From: an uncultured Gemmatimonadales bacterium
GTDB lineage: Bacteria > Gemmatimonadota > Gemmatimonadetes > Gemmatimonadales > GWC2-71-9
NCBI GenBank assembly: GCA_963795085.1
Contig: CAWCFX010000001.1
Span: 96,001 to 160,000 of the forward strand
Reading direction: 5' to 3'
Length of the DNA: 64,000 bases
The notes below the pieces were generated by a model. That model saw nothing but the letters and a program-made list of their open reading frames with translations. It did no database searches and had not been told where the DNA came from. Both the position numbers and the translations under genes were made by a program. Shown here one piece after another: positions 1 through 10,300 of this stretch; within the stretch, counting starts at the first letter, position 1; the number at the start of each line of letters is the position of its first letter.

Positions 1-458
1 GCCGCCGCCACCCGGTCGAGGTCGAGGGGCTGCCCGGGCCGCAACGGGACGTATACCGGCCGCGCATCGCAGAGCACCGCGTCCGGCCCGTAATTCTCAT
101 AAAAGGGCTCCGGTATGATCACTTCGTCCCCCGGGTCCACGATGGCCATGAGGGTCGCGGCCATCGCCTCGGTGGCGCCGCAGGTGACGGTGATCTCCCG
201 TTCCGGGTCCACGGTCATCCGGTACCAGTCGTGGTACCGCGCGGCCAGTGCCTCGCGCAACCGCCGGGACCCCCAGGTGATCGCGTACTGATTGATGTCG
301 CCGGCAATCGCCGCGGCGGCAGCCTCTTTCAGGACATCGGGAGTGGGAAAATTGGGGAAGCCCTGGGCCAGGTTGATGGCATCGTGTTCCCGGGCCAGCC
401 GGGTCATTCCCCGAATGACCGACTCGGTAAAGGTCCGTGTGCGCCGGGCGATGTGCAT
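1..458 (-). CDS. PLP-dependent class I/II aminotransferase, N-terminal part (runs off left edge)
   Basis: Own translation from ATG 458: MHIARRTRTFTESVIRGMTRLAREHDAINLAQGFPNF...NQYAITWG...ITVTCGATEAM...DPGDEVIIPEPFYENY; not in ORF track because it is truncated. Confidence 0.9.
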   Translation of the reverse strand, partial: MHIARRTRTFTESVIRGMTRLAREHDAINLAQGFPNFPTPDVLKEAAAAAIAGDINQYAITWGSRRLREALAARYHDWYRMTVDPEREITVTCGATEAMAATLMAIVDPGDEVIIPEPFYENYGPDAVLCDARPVYVPLRPGQPLDLDRVAA

Positions 459-489
459 AGATTCCGGGGGGAAGGGAAGACGGAAAGTA

Positions 490-551
490 AGGGGGCCAGG
501 GTGCCAGGGGGCCAGGGGAGCACACTCCAATCTGAAATCAGCAATCAGCAA
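490..551. repeat. Short tandem repeats: 8-mer AGGG(G/T)GCC x3.5, then 7-mer AATC(TGA/AGC) x3
   Basis: agggggcc agggtgcc agggggcc agggg (490-518); aatctga aatcagc aatcagc (529-549). Confidence 0.6.
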
Positions 552-562
552 CCTCACATCCC

Positions 563-856
563 ATGTCTCGAGCCTTTGTCAATGAAGATCACGGAGGTCC
601 CGATCCGCGGCACCGGTTTCCGCTGCCGCCACGGGACGACCCGGAATACGATGCGGCGTCAGCCAGGGCTCTGCTGCAGGGTGCGCACGAGGGCGACTCG
701 GCGGCAGCCGAAGAAGCGACCGGGTATCGCTTTGGTGAGCCAGGGCTGGTGCCCCACGTGCTGGTGATCCTGGCGCGGGCGCGGAAGGCAGGGAATGACC
801 GGCTGGAACAACTGGCCGAGCGGTTTCTCACCCGGGCCGGTGTCGGGGCGGACTAG
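563..856 (+). CDS. Hypothetical protein, 97 aa
   Basis: Fills the gap between genes; protein-like composition; MSRAFVNED N-terminus. Confidence 0.7.
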   Translation: MSRAFVNEDHGGPDPRHRFPLPPRDDPEYDAASARALLQGAHEGDSAAAEEATGYRFGEPGLVPHVLVILARARKAGNDRLEQLAERFLTRAGVGAD

Positions 857-1218
857 GAGGACTTTCTTGAACGGCCGGTGAGCCAGGCGCCCGCGAAACC
901 CAGCAGCAGGGCCGCCACGGTCATGAAGGCCACGACTTCCAGCATCGCCTCCGTGTGGGGCGCCGGTATGGGAGCCTGGACCAGGTTGAAGCGGGTGAGG
1001 ATCAGCCAGGCTCCCAGTGTAGCGAAGAAGGCCGCCAGCGCCGTGGTAATCGCGGCGGCGGGAGCCTGCTTTCCGCGCCCGATCACCATGCCGGCAAACA
1101 GAAACAGCGCCAGCCCTCCGGCGCTGATGTAGCCGTAGGGGAAGCGCATGCTGTCGGAGGTGAGTGAGCCGGCCGTGAACCAGGCGAGGAAGACGAGAAA
1201 GGCGAGGAGGGCCGCCAT
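853..1218 (-). CDS. Hypothetical membrane protein (~4 TM)
   Basis: Hydrophobic segments; ATG directly after the dacB stop. Confidence 0.65.
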   Translation of the reverse strand: MAALLAFLVFLAWFTAGSLTSDSMRFPYGYISAGGLALFLFAGMVIGRGKQAPAAAITTALAAFFATLGAWLILTRFNLVQAPIPAPHTEAMLEVVAFMTVAALLLGFAGAWLTGRSRKSS

Positions 1219-1219
1219 C

Positions 1220-2707
1220 CTACCGGGTTTCGTCGCTGCCGCCCAGCGGAGACTCTCCGCCCAGGGCATCGGCCGGGATGGCCGATCCGTCGGCCCCCAG
1301 CAGCGCGAAGAGCTTCCACTGGAGCTGGCGCGCCATCGAGGGATTGGAACCGTTGTACATCACGGAGACGATCATCATCCCGTCGGGCCGCCCCAGGTAT
1401 CCCGATACCGTGGAAACCTGTCCCAACGTACCAGTCTTGGCCCGCACGACGCCCTGGCCCAGGCCCGCGGTCAGCCGCCGCAGGGTGCCCACGCCGTTGG
1501 CGGGCAGCAGCATGGGGAAGTTGCGCCCGCCCGGCGTGGCCGGCAGCCGGGCGAGGTAAGACACAAAGGTGAGCGGCGAGGCCCGATCGTCGTAGGAGAG
1601 CCCGCTGCCGTCCACCAGCCTGAGCCCGTCCGCCGCGCCGGCGATCTCCTGCACATGCTGCATCATCATCTGGGGTGCCCGCTGCCCGCCGGCCCACCGT
1701 AGCAGCAGCTCGGCGCCCAGGTTGTGGCTGCGCCGGTTGACGTCGCTGGCCAGCGAATCGAAGACCGGCGAGTGCACTTCGGCCAGCACGGTGGAGATGG
1801 GCCCCGGCATGCGGGATGGTGCCCGGGGCTCCTGCACCCATTCAATGCCGGCTTGCGCCAGCGCGGTGGACCACGCCCGCGCGAGGACCTCCTTGGGGTT
1901 CGAAGCGACGGTGGTGAACCCTCGCGGCGCCGCCGCGACGCCGATGGTACCGCCCACCACCCAGCCGCCGCCACTGGTCGGCGCCAGCGTCAGCCGGCTG
2001 CGGCGACCCGCCACGGTGACGGCCCGGATCGAGACCAGGGACCCTACCCCCGCGGGTGACTCGCCACCCAGTGCGGCGCGAGCGCCGGACCGCGCACCGG
2101 GGCGAATGGTGAAGCTGACCACGTTCTCGTGAATCGTGAGGGTTCCGATGAGCGGCGCGAAGAGACGGCCCCAATGCCGGTTGGCCCACGCGTCAGGATA
2201 GGAGGCTGAGGCGAGGCCGTTTTCGCTCTTGACCTGGAGCGGGCCGAACAGCCTGCGGATGCCCAGATGAGAGAGCTGCTGCGCCAGGTCGGCCAGCCGG
2301 GGACCGGCGCCGGAGGGGTTTTCCAGGGACGGGTCGCCATTCAATTCCAGCGACCAGGTGCCCCGCCATTCACCGCTCGCGGGCTCGATGAAGCCCGATC
2401 CCGTGACCCGGGTCGATCGGGTGGCGTCGGAGCCGAGGACGGTGCGCGCAAAGCCGGTGGTGAAGAGCTTGACGGTGGAGGCGGGAATCAGGCTGGTTTC
2501 CGGCGCGATGCTCCAGAGCAGTTCACCCCGCTGGTCAGCGATGGCTATGCCCCAGGTTCCCGGCGCCCGGCGGCTCGCGTTAGTGTACCACGCGGCCAGC
2601 TGAGTTCGCTGTTCCCGGGTAAGGCTCTGCGCGCCAGCCATTGTGGGCGGTAAGAACCCCAGGACGCCCAGGACGAGGACCAGCCGGGATCGAAACGGAA
2701 ACGTCAT
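1220..2707 (-). CDS. dacB: D-alanyl-D-alanine carboxypeptidase/endopeptidase (PBP4, peptidase S13)
   Basis: Signal peptide; PASTVK (SxxK), SHN (SxN), DGSGLS, AKTGT (KTG). Confidence 0.92.
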   Translation of the reverse strand: MTFPFRSRLVLVLGVLGFLPPTMAGAQSLTREQRTQLAAWYTNASRRAPGTWGIAIADQRGELLWSIAPETSLIPASTVKLFTTGFARTVLGSDATRSTRVTGSGFIEPASGEWRGTWSLELNGDPSLENPSGAGPRLADLAQQLSHLGIRRLFGPLQVKSENGLASASYPDAWANRHWGRLFAPLIGTLTIHENVVSFTIRPGARSGARAALGGESPAGVGSLVSIRAVTVAGRRSRLTLAPTSGGGWVVGGTIGVAAAPRGFTTVASNPKEVLARAWSTALAQAGIEWVQEPRAPSRMPGPISTVLAEVHSPVFDSLASDVNRRSHNLGAELLLRWAGGQRAPQMMMQHVQEIAGAADGLRLVDGSGLSYDDRASPLTFVSYLARLPATPGGRNFPMLLPANGVGTLRRLTAGLGQGVVRAKTGTLGQVSTVSGYLGRPDGMMIVSVMYNGSNPSMARQLQWKLFALLGADGSAIPADALGGESPLGGSDETR

Positions 2708-2911
2708 CAGCGGTACTCCTCAGCTACTGGCCGGAATCGGCCCTCCCGACCTACAATTGCAAGAGCCAGGCCCGGCGGATGTGACCTGGGACCCCAATGT
2801 AACAGTCAACTTGCTGACCCCGGTAGAGTTAGGACCGTTCTCGCGGTCCAGGATCCGGCCGAAAGTCGGCAACTGCATCATAACACGACGGGAAAAGGTG
2901 CCGGTGCGTTC

Positions 2912-4576
2912 CTACGATCCGGCAGGAGTTTCCGGCGGGCGGAACGACCAGTGGTAGAGCAACATGGAGCCACAGCGGCCGGCGCACAGTTCCCGTCCTT
3001 CCCGCTCGAGGACCTCCCGAAGGCTGGGGTCGATGTTGTCGTAGGCGAGGTATTTCTGGTCGATCCCGATCAGTACCGAACCGGCATCTGCAAAGCGTTC
3101 GCGGATCGCCCCGGCCGAGGTCAGGGTGGGGCGGCCGGCGTACGCGTCGGGGCTGCCCATCGGCTTCATCCGGTAGGGATGGTCGAACCCTCCCGTCGTC
3201 GAGTCCCGGCTCCAGCTTTCCAGCAGGGCCCGCTGCACGGTGAAATCCAGCCGGCCCCAGTAGTGCAGCGCCACCAGCGGCTGGGCGCTGCCAATGGGCA
3301 GCCGGGCGAGTTCCGGATGCCGCTGCAGCAGCGACTCCGATTCTTCCCAGCCCGCGGACTGCCGGGCCGTCATCAGGCGCCGGGAGGTATTGAATGCGGG
3401 CATCGTGAGAACAACCCCCGCCGCGATGACCGCGAACCCGGTGGCCACTGCCCCGCGGGGCCCAATCCATGAGGGGAGTGCTATCATGGAGAAATGCCGG
3501 TCCAGGTAGCGGTGCAGCGGCGCTGCGGCGGCGGCGGCGGCCACGCCGGTGGCCAGGAGCAGTGCGGGGATCGCGACCAGGACGTAGCGCTCCGATTTCC
3601 AGGGAAAGACCAGGCTGTGGAGCAGGATGGGGACGGCAAACCAGGCGAGCAGCAGGCCGCCCAGCCTCCGGTGCTGGAAGATGGCCGCGAGGAATATTAG
3701 CGGCGACAGCGACACGATCAGCGGAAAATGACCGGATAATGCGCGATAGTAGGCCGTCACCGGCCCCGGCCCATCGGCGCTCAGCCGTGCCCACATGGGC
3801 ACGGTCCGGGCTTCCACCAGCAGGCTCCGCATGAAGTCGAACTTGAAAACCAGGAGGAAGACCGCCACGGTTATTCCCATCGCGGTGAGTTGCCAAGGGA
3901 CGCTCCAGCGCCATGCCTTTCGGCCCAGCCGGGAGAGATCGCCGAATCCAGTCAACGCCACGAAGAGCCCCGCGCCCGCCCCCACGCTCAGGGTGGTGAG
4001 CTGGACCGATGCGGCGTAGGCAAACGCCAGGAAAGCGAACAGAGCCCAGCCCCAGTCGCCGGCCAGTCGCCGGGCGTGCAGGCGGTCCGGCTCCAACGGG
4101 CGCCGGACCAGCATCCAGGTGGCGAAGAAGGCTGCCACCCCGCCGAGCAGTTGCAGGGTATAGAATCGCCCGAACCGGGAGAGTCGGAGCCCTTCAGGAT
4201 AGATCGCCAACAGCAGGGTGGCGATGACCGCGGGCCAGGGTCCCGCCACCCGCCACGCGATGATGGCGAACAGGCCCAGAGCGAGGGTGCCGATGACCGC
4301 GGACGGGAAACGCACTGCCACTTCCAGCTGGTCGAAGCGGGGCAGCGCCGCGGCGACCAGGGCCGAGTACTCCAGGCCCCGGGTGTACCGGGTACCCGAG
4401 GGGAGCAGCGGCTCGCCGCTCTCCAGGAGGGACTGGGCGACGAAATAGTGGTTCATTTCGTCGGAGGCCAGGGTATTGAGCCCCAGGTTGGCGAAGCGGA
4501 GGTAGGTCCCCCATGCGACGATGAGGAGAACCAGGGCCAGCGCTATCCGGGTGGAGCTGAGGCGGGACGTTATCAA
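2912..4576 (-). CDS. Multi-TM GT-C glycosyltransferase (GT39/GT83, PMT/ArnT-like)
   Basis: DE motif after TM1 (LASDEMNH), VRFPS, SRFGRFY, ERY; many TM helices. Confidence 0.8.
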   Translation of the reverse strand: MITSRLSSTRIALALVLLIVAWGTYLRFANLGLNTLASDEMNHYFVAQSLLESGEPLLPSGTRYTRGLEYSALVAAALPRFDQLEVAVRFPSAVIGTLALGLFAIIAWRVAGPWPAVIATLLLAIYPEGLRLSRFGRFYTLQLLGGVAAFFATWMLVRRPLEPDRLHARRLAGDWGWALFAFLAFAYAASVQLTTLSVGAGAGLFVALTGFGDLSRLGRKAWRWSVPWQLTAMGITVAVFLLVFKFDFMRSLLVEARTVPMWARLSADGPGPVTAYYRALSGHFPLIVSLSPLIFLAAIFQHRRLGGLLLAWFAVPILLHSLVFPWKSERYVLVAIPALLLATGVAAAAAAAPLHRYLDRHFSMIALPSWIGPRGAVATGFAVIAAGVVLTMPAFNTSRRLMTARQSAGWEESESLLQRHPELARLPIGSAQPLVALHYWGRLDFTVQRALLESWSRDSTTGGFDHPYRMKPMGSPDAYAGRPTLTSAGAIRERFADAGSVLIGIDQKYLAYDNIDPSLREVLEREGRELCAGRCGSMLLYHWSFRPPETPAGS

Positions 4577-5551
4577 CTAGTTGATCCGTTCAGTGATGCG
4601 ATAGCGGGGTTGGGTGGGCGCATTCAGGAAGACCATCATCTCTCCCACCAGGCCGATGGCCACCGCTTGAATACCCAACACAACGAGAAATAAACCCGTG
4701 AGCAGGATCACCCGGCCCACCGATCCGACCGGCCCCAGGCCGTTGAGGATGACGACGCCCAGAGCGATGATTCCTGCGGTCATCAGGAACCCTCCAATCG
4801 GGCCGAAGAACCGTAGCGGGCGGGTAGTGAATCGCAGGATGACAAAAATGCCCAGGATATCCACGATGCGGCGCAGGTACAGGAGCGGGCGGTACACCCG
4901 GGTCCGGCGGTCCCCGTCGTGCTGGGGCGTGTCGACCTCCTCGGTGGTGTAGCCGGCCCGCTCGGCCAGGAGAGCGAAGAACCGGAAGGAGTCGCCGTAG
5001 ACCGGTGTATTGAGCAGCACCTCCCGCCGCATGGCGCGTACCCCGCAGGCGACATCCCGGAGATTGCCACCCGCGGTCCAGCGGAGGAGCCAGTGAAACA
5101 CCCGGTTCTGCAGCACATTGAACCAGGAATCCCTGCGGGGCCAGCGGCGCCCGCTGACCAGGTCGATGCCCGCCAGCACCCGGTCGATCAGCCGGGGGAC
5201 GTGACCGGCTTCGATCCGCGGGTAGGCGGGCAGGGTCAGGACGACGTCGCCCCGGGCATGGGCCCCGGCGGCATTATAGAGGCTCGATTCATCGATGAGC
5301 TGGGCGACCTGGAGGATTCGAATCGGCTCCCCCTGGCGGCTCTGCTCCAGCAGTTGCGCGACTTCGACTTCGAAGCCCGGCTCACAGATAAAAATGAACT
5401 CGTAGGTCCACCCCCGGTCCCGCAGGGGGCGGGAATACTCGTGGTAGAGCGGGACCAGCGGGGCCGGTTCCTGCCATACCGGTACCAGCACGGAGACCAG
5501 GAACCCGCTCTCGGTTCCCGAGGTCACGACGGGGGGTGATACCAGCGTCAC
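4577..5551 (-). CDS. GT2 polyprenyl-phosphate glycosyltransferase-like protein (ArnC/GtrB fold), catalytic motifs degenerate
   Basis: VSVLVPV, DLVSGRR, RDVACGVRAMRRE, RPLRFFG, two C-terminal TMs; no DDGS or DxD. Confidence 0.75.
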   Translation of the reverse strand: MTLVSPPVVTSGTESGFLVSVLVPVWQEPAPLVPLYHEYSRPLRDRGWTYEFIFICEPGFEVEVAQLLEQSRQGEPIRILQVAQLIDESSLYNAAGAHARGDVVLTLPAYPRIEAGHVPRLIDRVLAGIDLVSGRRWPRRDSWFNVLQNRVFHWLLRWTAGGNLRDVACGVRAMRREVLLNTPVYGDSFRFFALLAERAGYTTEEVDTPQHDGDRRTRVYRPLLYLRRIVDILGIFVILRFTTRPLRFFGPIGGFLMTAGIIALGVVILNGLGPVGSVGRVILLTGLFLVVLGIQAVAIGLVGEMMVFLNAPTQPRYRITERIN

Positions 5552-6486
5552 GAGACCCCCCGCACCAGGATTGGGGCGGGCCGCCGGCCGCTACGGTGCC
5601 GCCGGAGCATGACCTCCGACACCAGGCCCAGCAACAGGAGAAAACATCCCAGGTTCAACCAGACCAGAGGCAGGGCCGGAAGAATCATGCTGACCGACGG
5701 TCCCGGTTCAATGGTTTCCAGGATCGCGGGCAGCGTCGATACGGCGGCGGCGACAAAGCAGAGGCCAGTTCCCCGCGCGAACAGGTTGAGCGGACGCTCG
5801 CGAAACGAGCGAATCAGGGAGAGCACCAGCAGGTCCGACAGCACCCGCGGGACTCGCGAAAAACCGTACTTGCTCCGCCCATGGCGTCTCGGCTGGTGGC
5901 GCACCGGTATCTCGGTGATCCGGGCGCTCCGGAGGCCCGCGGCCACGGCGGGAATGAACCGGTGCATGTCGGAATAGAGGGCGAATCCCTGGAGCAGCTC
6001 CCGGCGGTAGGCCCGGAGAGTACAGCCGGTATCCCGGATCTCCACGCCGGTCAGAGTCCGCATCAGGAGGTTGGCCAGCGCCGAAGGGAGCCGCCGATAA
6101 GCCGAATCCTGCCGTTCCACCCGGAACCCGGCGACCAGATCGTAATCGTCTTCGTCGAGAATCCGGACCAGGCGGGGAATGTCGGCGGGATCGTTCTGCA
6201 GGTCGCCGTCCATGCTGACGAGGATGGGCCCGCGCGCCTCGTCAAACCCGGCCTTGAGCGCGGTGGTCTGGCCGTAGTTCCGGGCCAGCCGCACCATCCG
6301 GATCCGGGAATCGCCGGCGGCGAGCCGGCGACCTTCGTCCGCGGTCCCGTCGGTGCTTCCGTCGTCCACCAGCAGCAGCTCCCAGGTATCGTCTCCTCCC
6401 AGGGCCGAACGCACGGCCTCAACCAGGGGCGCAACGTTGCGCTCCTCGTTGAACATGGGGACGACCACTGAGAGTCGCGGAGTCAT
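5548..6486 (-). CDS. GT2 polyprenyl-phosphate glycosyltransferase (ArnC/GtrB/DPM-synthase-like)
   Basis: SVVVPMFNE, VDDGSTDGT, RNYGQ, MDGDLQNDP, HRFIP, C-terminal TMs. Confidence 0.9.
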   Translation of the reverse strand: MTPRLSVVVPMFNEERNVAPLVEAVRSALGGDDTWELLLVDDGSTDGTADEGRRLAAGDSRIRMVRLARNYGQTTALKAGFDEARGPILVSMDGDLQNDPADIPRLVRILDEDDYDLVAGFRVERQDSAYRRLPSALANLLMRTLTGVEIRDTGCTLRAYRRELLQGFALYSDMHRFIPAVAAGLRSARITEIPVRHQPRRHGRSKYGFSRVPRVLSDLLVLSLIRSFRERPLNLFARGTGLCFVAAAVSTLPAILETIEPGPSVSMILPALPLVWLNLGCFLLLLGLVSEVMLRRHRSGRRPAPILVRGVS

Positions 6487-7358
6487 GGAGCCAGTTCAGC
6501 GTTCACAAGTTTTTCATCCATCCGGTAGAACAGGTAGCGCCCTCGCCAGGCCCGTCGGGAGGCACGGAACCGGCTGCCAAGCTGGTCACGGATAGCCCGC
6601 TCGTCGACCCGATAGTGATCATCCTGGATCGGAAAAGGGCGGCCGGTCATGCTGCAGAACGCTTTGGTCGCCAGCCGGGACAGTCCGGGCCTTGTCCCGG
6701 CCGACCAGAATTCCCGGTCGAAGAGGTCGCCCCACCGGGGTGCGGTGTCTTCCAGCACCAGGAGCACCCGGCCGCCGGGACGGAGGACCCGGTGCATCTC
6801 GGCAAGGGCCTCCCGCTGGCCAGCGACATGATTCAGACTCCACATCGAGAGGACCGAGTCAAAACTGCCCGGGCGAAAAGGCAATTGTTCGGCGACTCCC
6901 CGCACGAAGCATGGCGGGGTGCGAAGAGAGGGAAACCGATCCCCCAGCACGGACCAGTCGGCGAGCAGCCAGGAGAGACTCGGGTCGAGGGACACGTAGT
7001 TTCCACCCCTGGGAAGGTAGTCCCGGGTGATACCGATTCCGCCCCCAACGTCCAGGACGTCTCCCACCATCTCCTGCAGAATCCCGGCATACGGCTCGAT
7101 GTCCGCCAGAAGCGCATGGAAGGCCGCCTCTGGATCCTGAAGGAGGTGCCCGTACCATGTCTCGCACTGAGCCTGGCGTTCGTGCCAGTCGTTTTCGCGG
7201 GCTTCCGCCCCAGGTGCGGCCAGGAAATCCACCCAGTCACCCGATGGCTGCGCATACGTTTTTCGACATTGCGGGCAGCGGATCGAGCCCGGTTCCATGA
7301 CCAGGCTGCCTCGGCAGCCGGGGCACGCCAGTACGGTGGTAAGGAATTCACAATCCAT
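6483..7358 (-). CDS. Class I SAM-dependent methyltransferase with N-terminal Trm112-like Cys ribbon
   Basis: CPGC...CPQC; VLDVGGGIG; LPFRPGSFD; RVLRPGG. Confidence 0.85.
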   Translation of the reverse strand: MDCEFLTTVLACPGCRGSLVMEPGSIRCPQCRKTYAQPSGDWVDFLAAPGAEARENDWHERQAQCETWYGHLLQDPEAAFHALLADIEPYAGILQEMVGDVLDVGGGIGITRDYLPRGGNYVSLDPSLSWLLADWSVLGDRFPSLRTPPCFVRGVAEQLPFRPGSFDSVLSMWSLNHVAGQREALAEMHRVLRPGGRVLLVLEDTAPRWGDLFDREFWSAGTRPGLSRLATKAFCSMTGRPFPIQDDHYRVDERAIRDQLGSRFRASRRAWRGRYLFYRMDEKLVNAELAP

Positions 7359-10300
7359 CAGCCGCCCAACCTGGCGATGAACGCTTCCAGCGAATCACCA
7401 CCTTTGACTTCGATCCGCGGAAACGCAAGCGGAGAATCGGTGAACGAGCTCAATCCGTCGCGGCAGGTGAGGCCAAAGAGATAGCCACACGCCCCGGCCA
7501 GGTGCTGAATGGACTGGTCTTCCGAGCCGTTGGGATACGCGATGGAGCTTACCGGACCCTCCAGCCGCTGGTACAGCGTCGCCTTCGAGCGGCTGAGTTC
7601 TCGCACCACCTCCACGGGCGACAGTGCCTCGAGGTGCGGGTGGGTGGCGGTATGGGAACCGAAAGCGACGCCCCCGCTCTTAAGGCGGGTGATGTCCTCC
7701 CAGTCCATCAGCTGGGCGCTCCCTCCGTAGGTCGCGGTCCACGTGCTCTGCTGACCCACCCGGTCGGTGACGAGATAGACATACGCCCCAAACCCGAATC
7801 CTTCAAGTACCGGCCAGGCCCGGGCCGCAAAATCCCCGTAGCCATCGTCAAAGGTGATGATGACCGCCCGTCCCGGCACCGGCTGGTATTCCCGCATCGC
7901 CTGCAGCCATCGCTCAAGCGTAATGGTATGAAATCCCGCCTGGTGCAGATAGGTCATCTGCTCGGCGAACGCCTCCGGGGTCACCCGGTATCGGGCCAGC
8001 GAATCCGGCCCGTCCCCGGCAATCTGGTGGTACAGCAGGATAGGGAGGCGGTACGTCAGGGCTTCCGGTTTGCCGCCGTGTTTCACCGTGCCTCCGCCGA
8101 TGAGAAAGCGGGACGCCAGGTGGGGTGGCAGGTCGGCGGCGGAGACGTCCTCCACCGCCGGGTTCTCGGCAGTGGAGTCGCCGGTGGTAGATGCCTTCTG
8201 CAGCAGGTGCACCCGGTAAAAGGGCGAGCGCAGCTCGGTGACGAGGCGCAGGCCAGGGGTGGCAGCGAACACTTCGCCGATCACCTTCGCCCCGAAAGGG
8301 ACATCCCAGTGAAGCCCGGTGGACCCGGGGTCGTCCACCACCGCCGTGGAGTGGGTGGTGAGAAGGAAGCCACCCGGCACCAGGGCCTCGGCGACGCGGC
8401 GGCCCAACTCTCTCAAGGCGTCTATGTCGCGGAGGTAGTAAAGAGCCTCACTGCAGACTACCAGGTCATAACCACCGGGAAATGGGTCGGCGGCAAAGTC
8501 ATGCTGCAGGAACTCGATGTTCTCCATGTGCTGGCATCGGGTCCGGGCCCGGTCGAGGGCAATTGCCGAGATGTCGGTGGCGACCAGCTGGTCCACCAGC
8601 GGTGCGAGGAGTCGAGTAAACATGCCTTCGGCACAGGCCAGCTCCAGCGCGCGACCGGGCCTCGTGCCAGGCACCAGGGAAAGCGCCTGCTCGTATTTCC
8701 GGCGCTCGAAGGCCGAGGTGTACTTCCATGGGTCGGAATCCGCCAGGAAGACCGTCTCAAAATAGTGCCGGTCGTATCCCGGGTCCGCCAGCCTCCGAAC
8801 GGCAGGTGGAGCTACCCCAGCTGAGAGGTGATGTTCGTCCCGTGACCAGAGAAGGTCCGGAGCGTACACAACACATCCCGTCGGCGAAATCTCGCTCCTG
8901 AAGAACGGCTCACCGGCCGCGATCGCGGCCGCTTCGAGTTCGGTGACGGATTCCCGAGGTAACCGGGCATGGCGGGACACACTGGTGCCGGGAAGCCCCG
9001 GCCGGTGACCGGCCAGGACCATCGAAGGTCGCTGGGTGAGCGCCCGGGTGAGCGCCCGGTCCGCCCGGGGAGCCATGCGTGTTCCGGAGGGAACCACCAG
9101 TGACCCGGCCGGTTCCGGCGTTGCGGCCTCGCCGGGTTCCGGTCGCGCCAGGCGGGCGAGTCGCTCCCGGAGCGACTCGCCGTTATCCAGGGGCTGGCCC
9201 ACCAGCGCTTCCCGAACGGCCACGCGGGCCAGCTCGAAGCCAAGGAACTGGGTCGCCGCCGAGCGAAGGCGCTGTGCCGTCACCAGGCCGTCCACCGGCT
9301 CCATGGTCATCAGGCCCATCGATATCCCGGCGAGCGTCCATTCAACCCGGATCGGATTCTCGGTGGAGACGGCGGGGACCGGCGCCGCTATCTCAAGGAC
9401 GATGTCGCCGGTGGCCGGGACCGGCGTGTCATGGTCTTCGTCCCCGGCCTGGTAGAACCGATCCATCGGCCAGCCGGGGAACCCCCACAGCTCCTGCAGG
9501 AAGATCGTCCAGCCCACGGCGTCATGCAGTGCCGATGGGAGAGAATCCGGCTGGTCACCGGCGAGGTCCCCCAGGTCCAGGTCACCCCGGGCGACCCTGG
9601 TGATCCCGCCCTCCCTGGTCAGCGAGAGTGCCGGGTAGACCTGCACCGAGAACCAGGCGCGCAGAATGTCCCAGGCATGGAACCCGGCTATCGCATCTCG
9701 GAGCAGGTACGACGGGACCTCACCGGCAAAGACCGGCAGGTTAATTTCGCCGACCGCTTCACCCTGCAGCGTGAGCGCGCAGGCAATCCGCTCGACCTCG
9801 GCCGAAAGGCGAACATCGGGGACCGGTTCGGTGATTTCCGCGACCGCGGCGTGGCGACGGCCAATCGTAAGCGGGCGCCGGGCGGCATTCCCAATGACCA
9901 GCTGTTCCAGAGTGTTCATGGCGCGGCGGGCCAGCCCGGGGGCGCCGCACCGCGCTTCCAGTGCACCCAGAAATGATTCGATGGGCGGAGCGAAGCGGGG
10001 CCACTGCTCCGGCCAGCTCTCCGGCGTGAGCATGAGCGGAACCAGCGCCGCGGTATGAAAGGTGGCCGCAACATCCGAGGGCTTCAACTCGGGATCCCGG
10101 TCTCCCTCAACCAGATGCCGGAGGAGAGCGGTCGCGTCCCCGCCTGATCCGATCATCAGCGCGGCCTGCCAGGAGAGGAACCGGAGCCGGGCCCCGGCCT
10201 TGTCCTTTCCGGGAGATCCACCGGCGAACCGGGAGTCTGGGTCCTGGACGCGGGTATCGGGACCATGGCCCCGGTCAATGATCTCGAGGCCTTCGACGAG

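Noticed and set aside
2758..2775. Sigma54-like GG-N10-GC upstream of dacB
   Set aside because: The -24 element (GGGCCTG) is poor and likely to occur by chance at this GC content.
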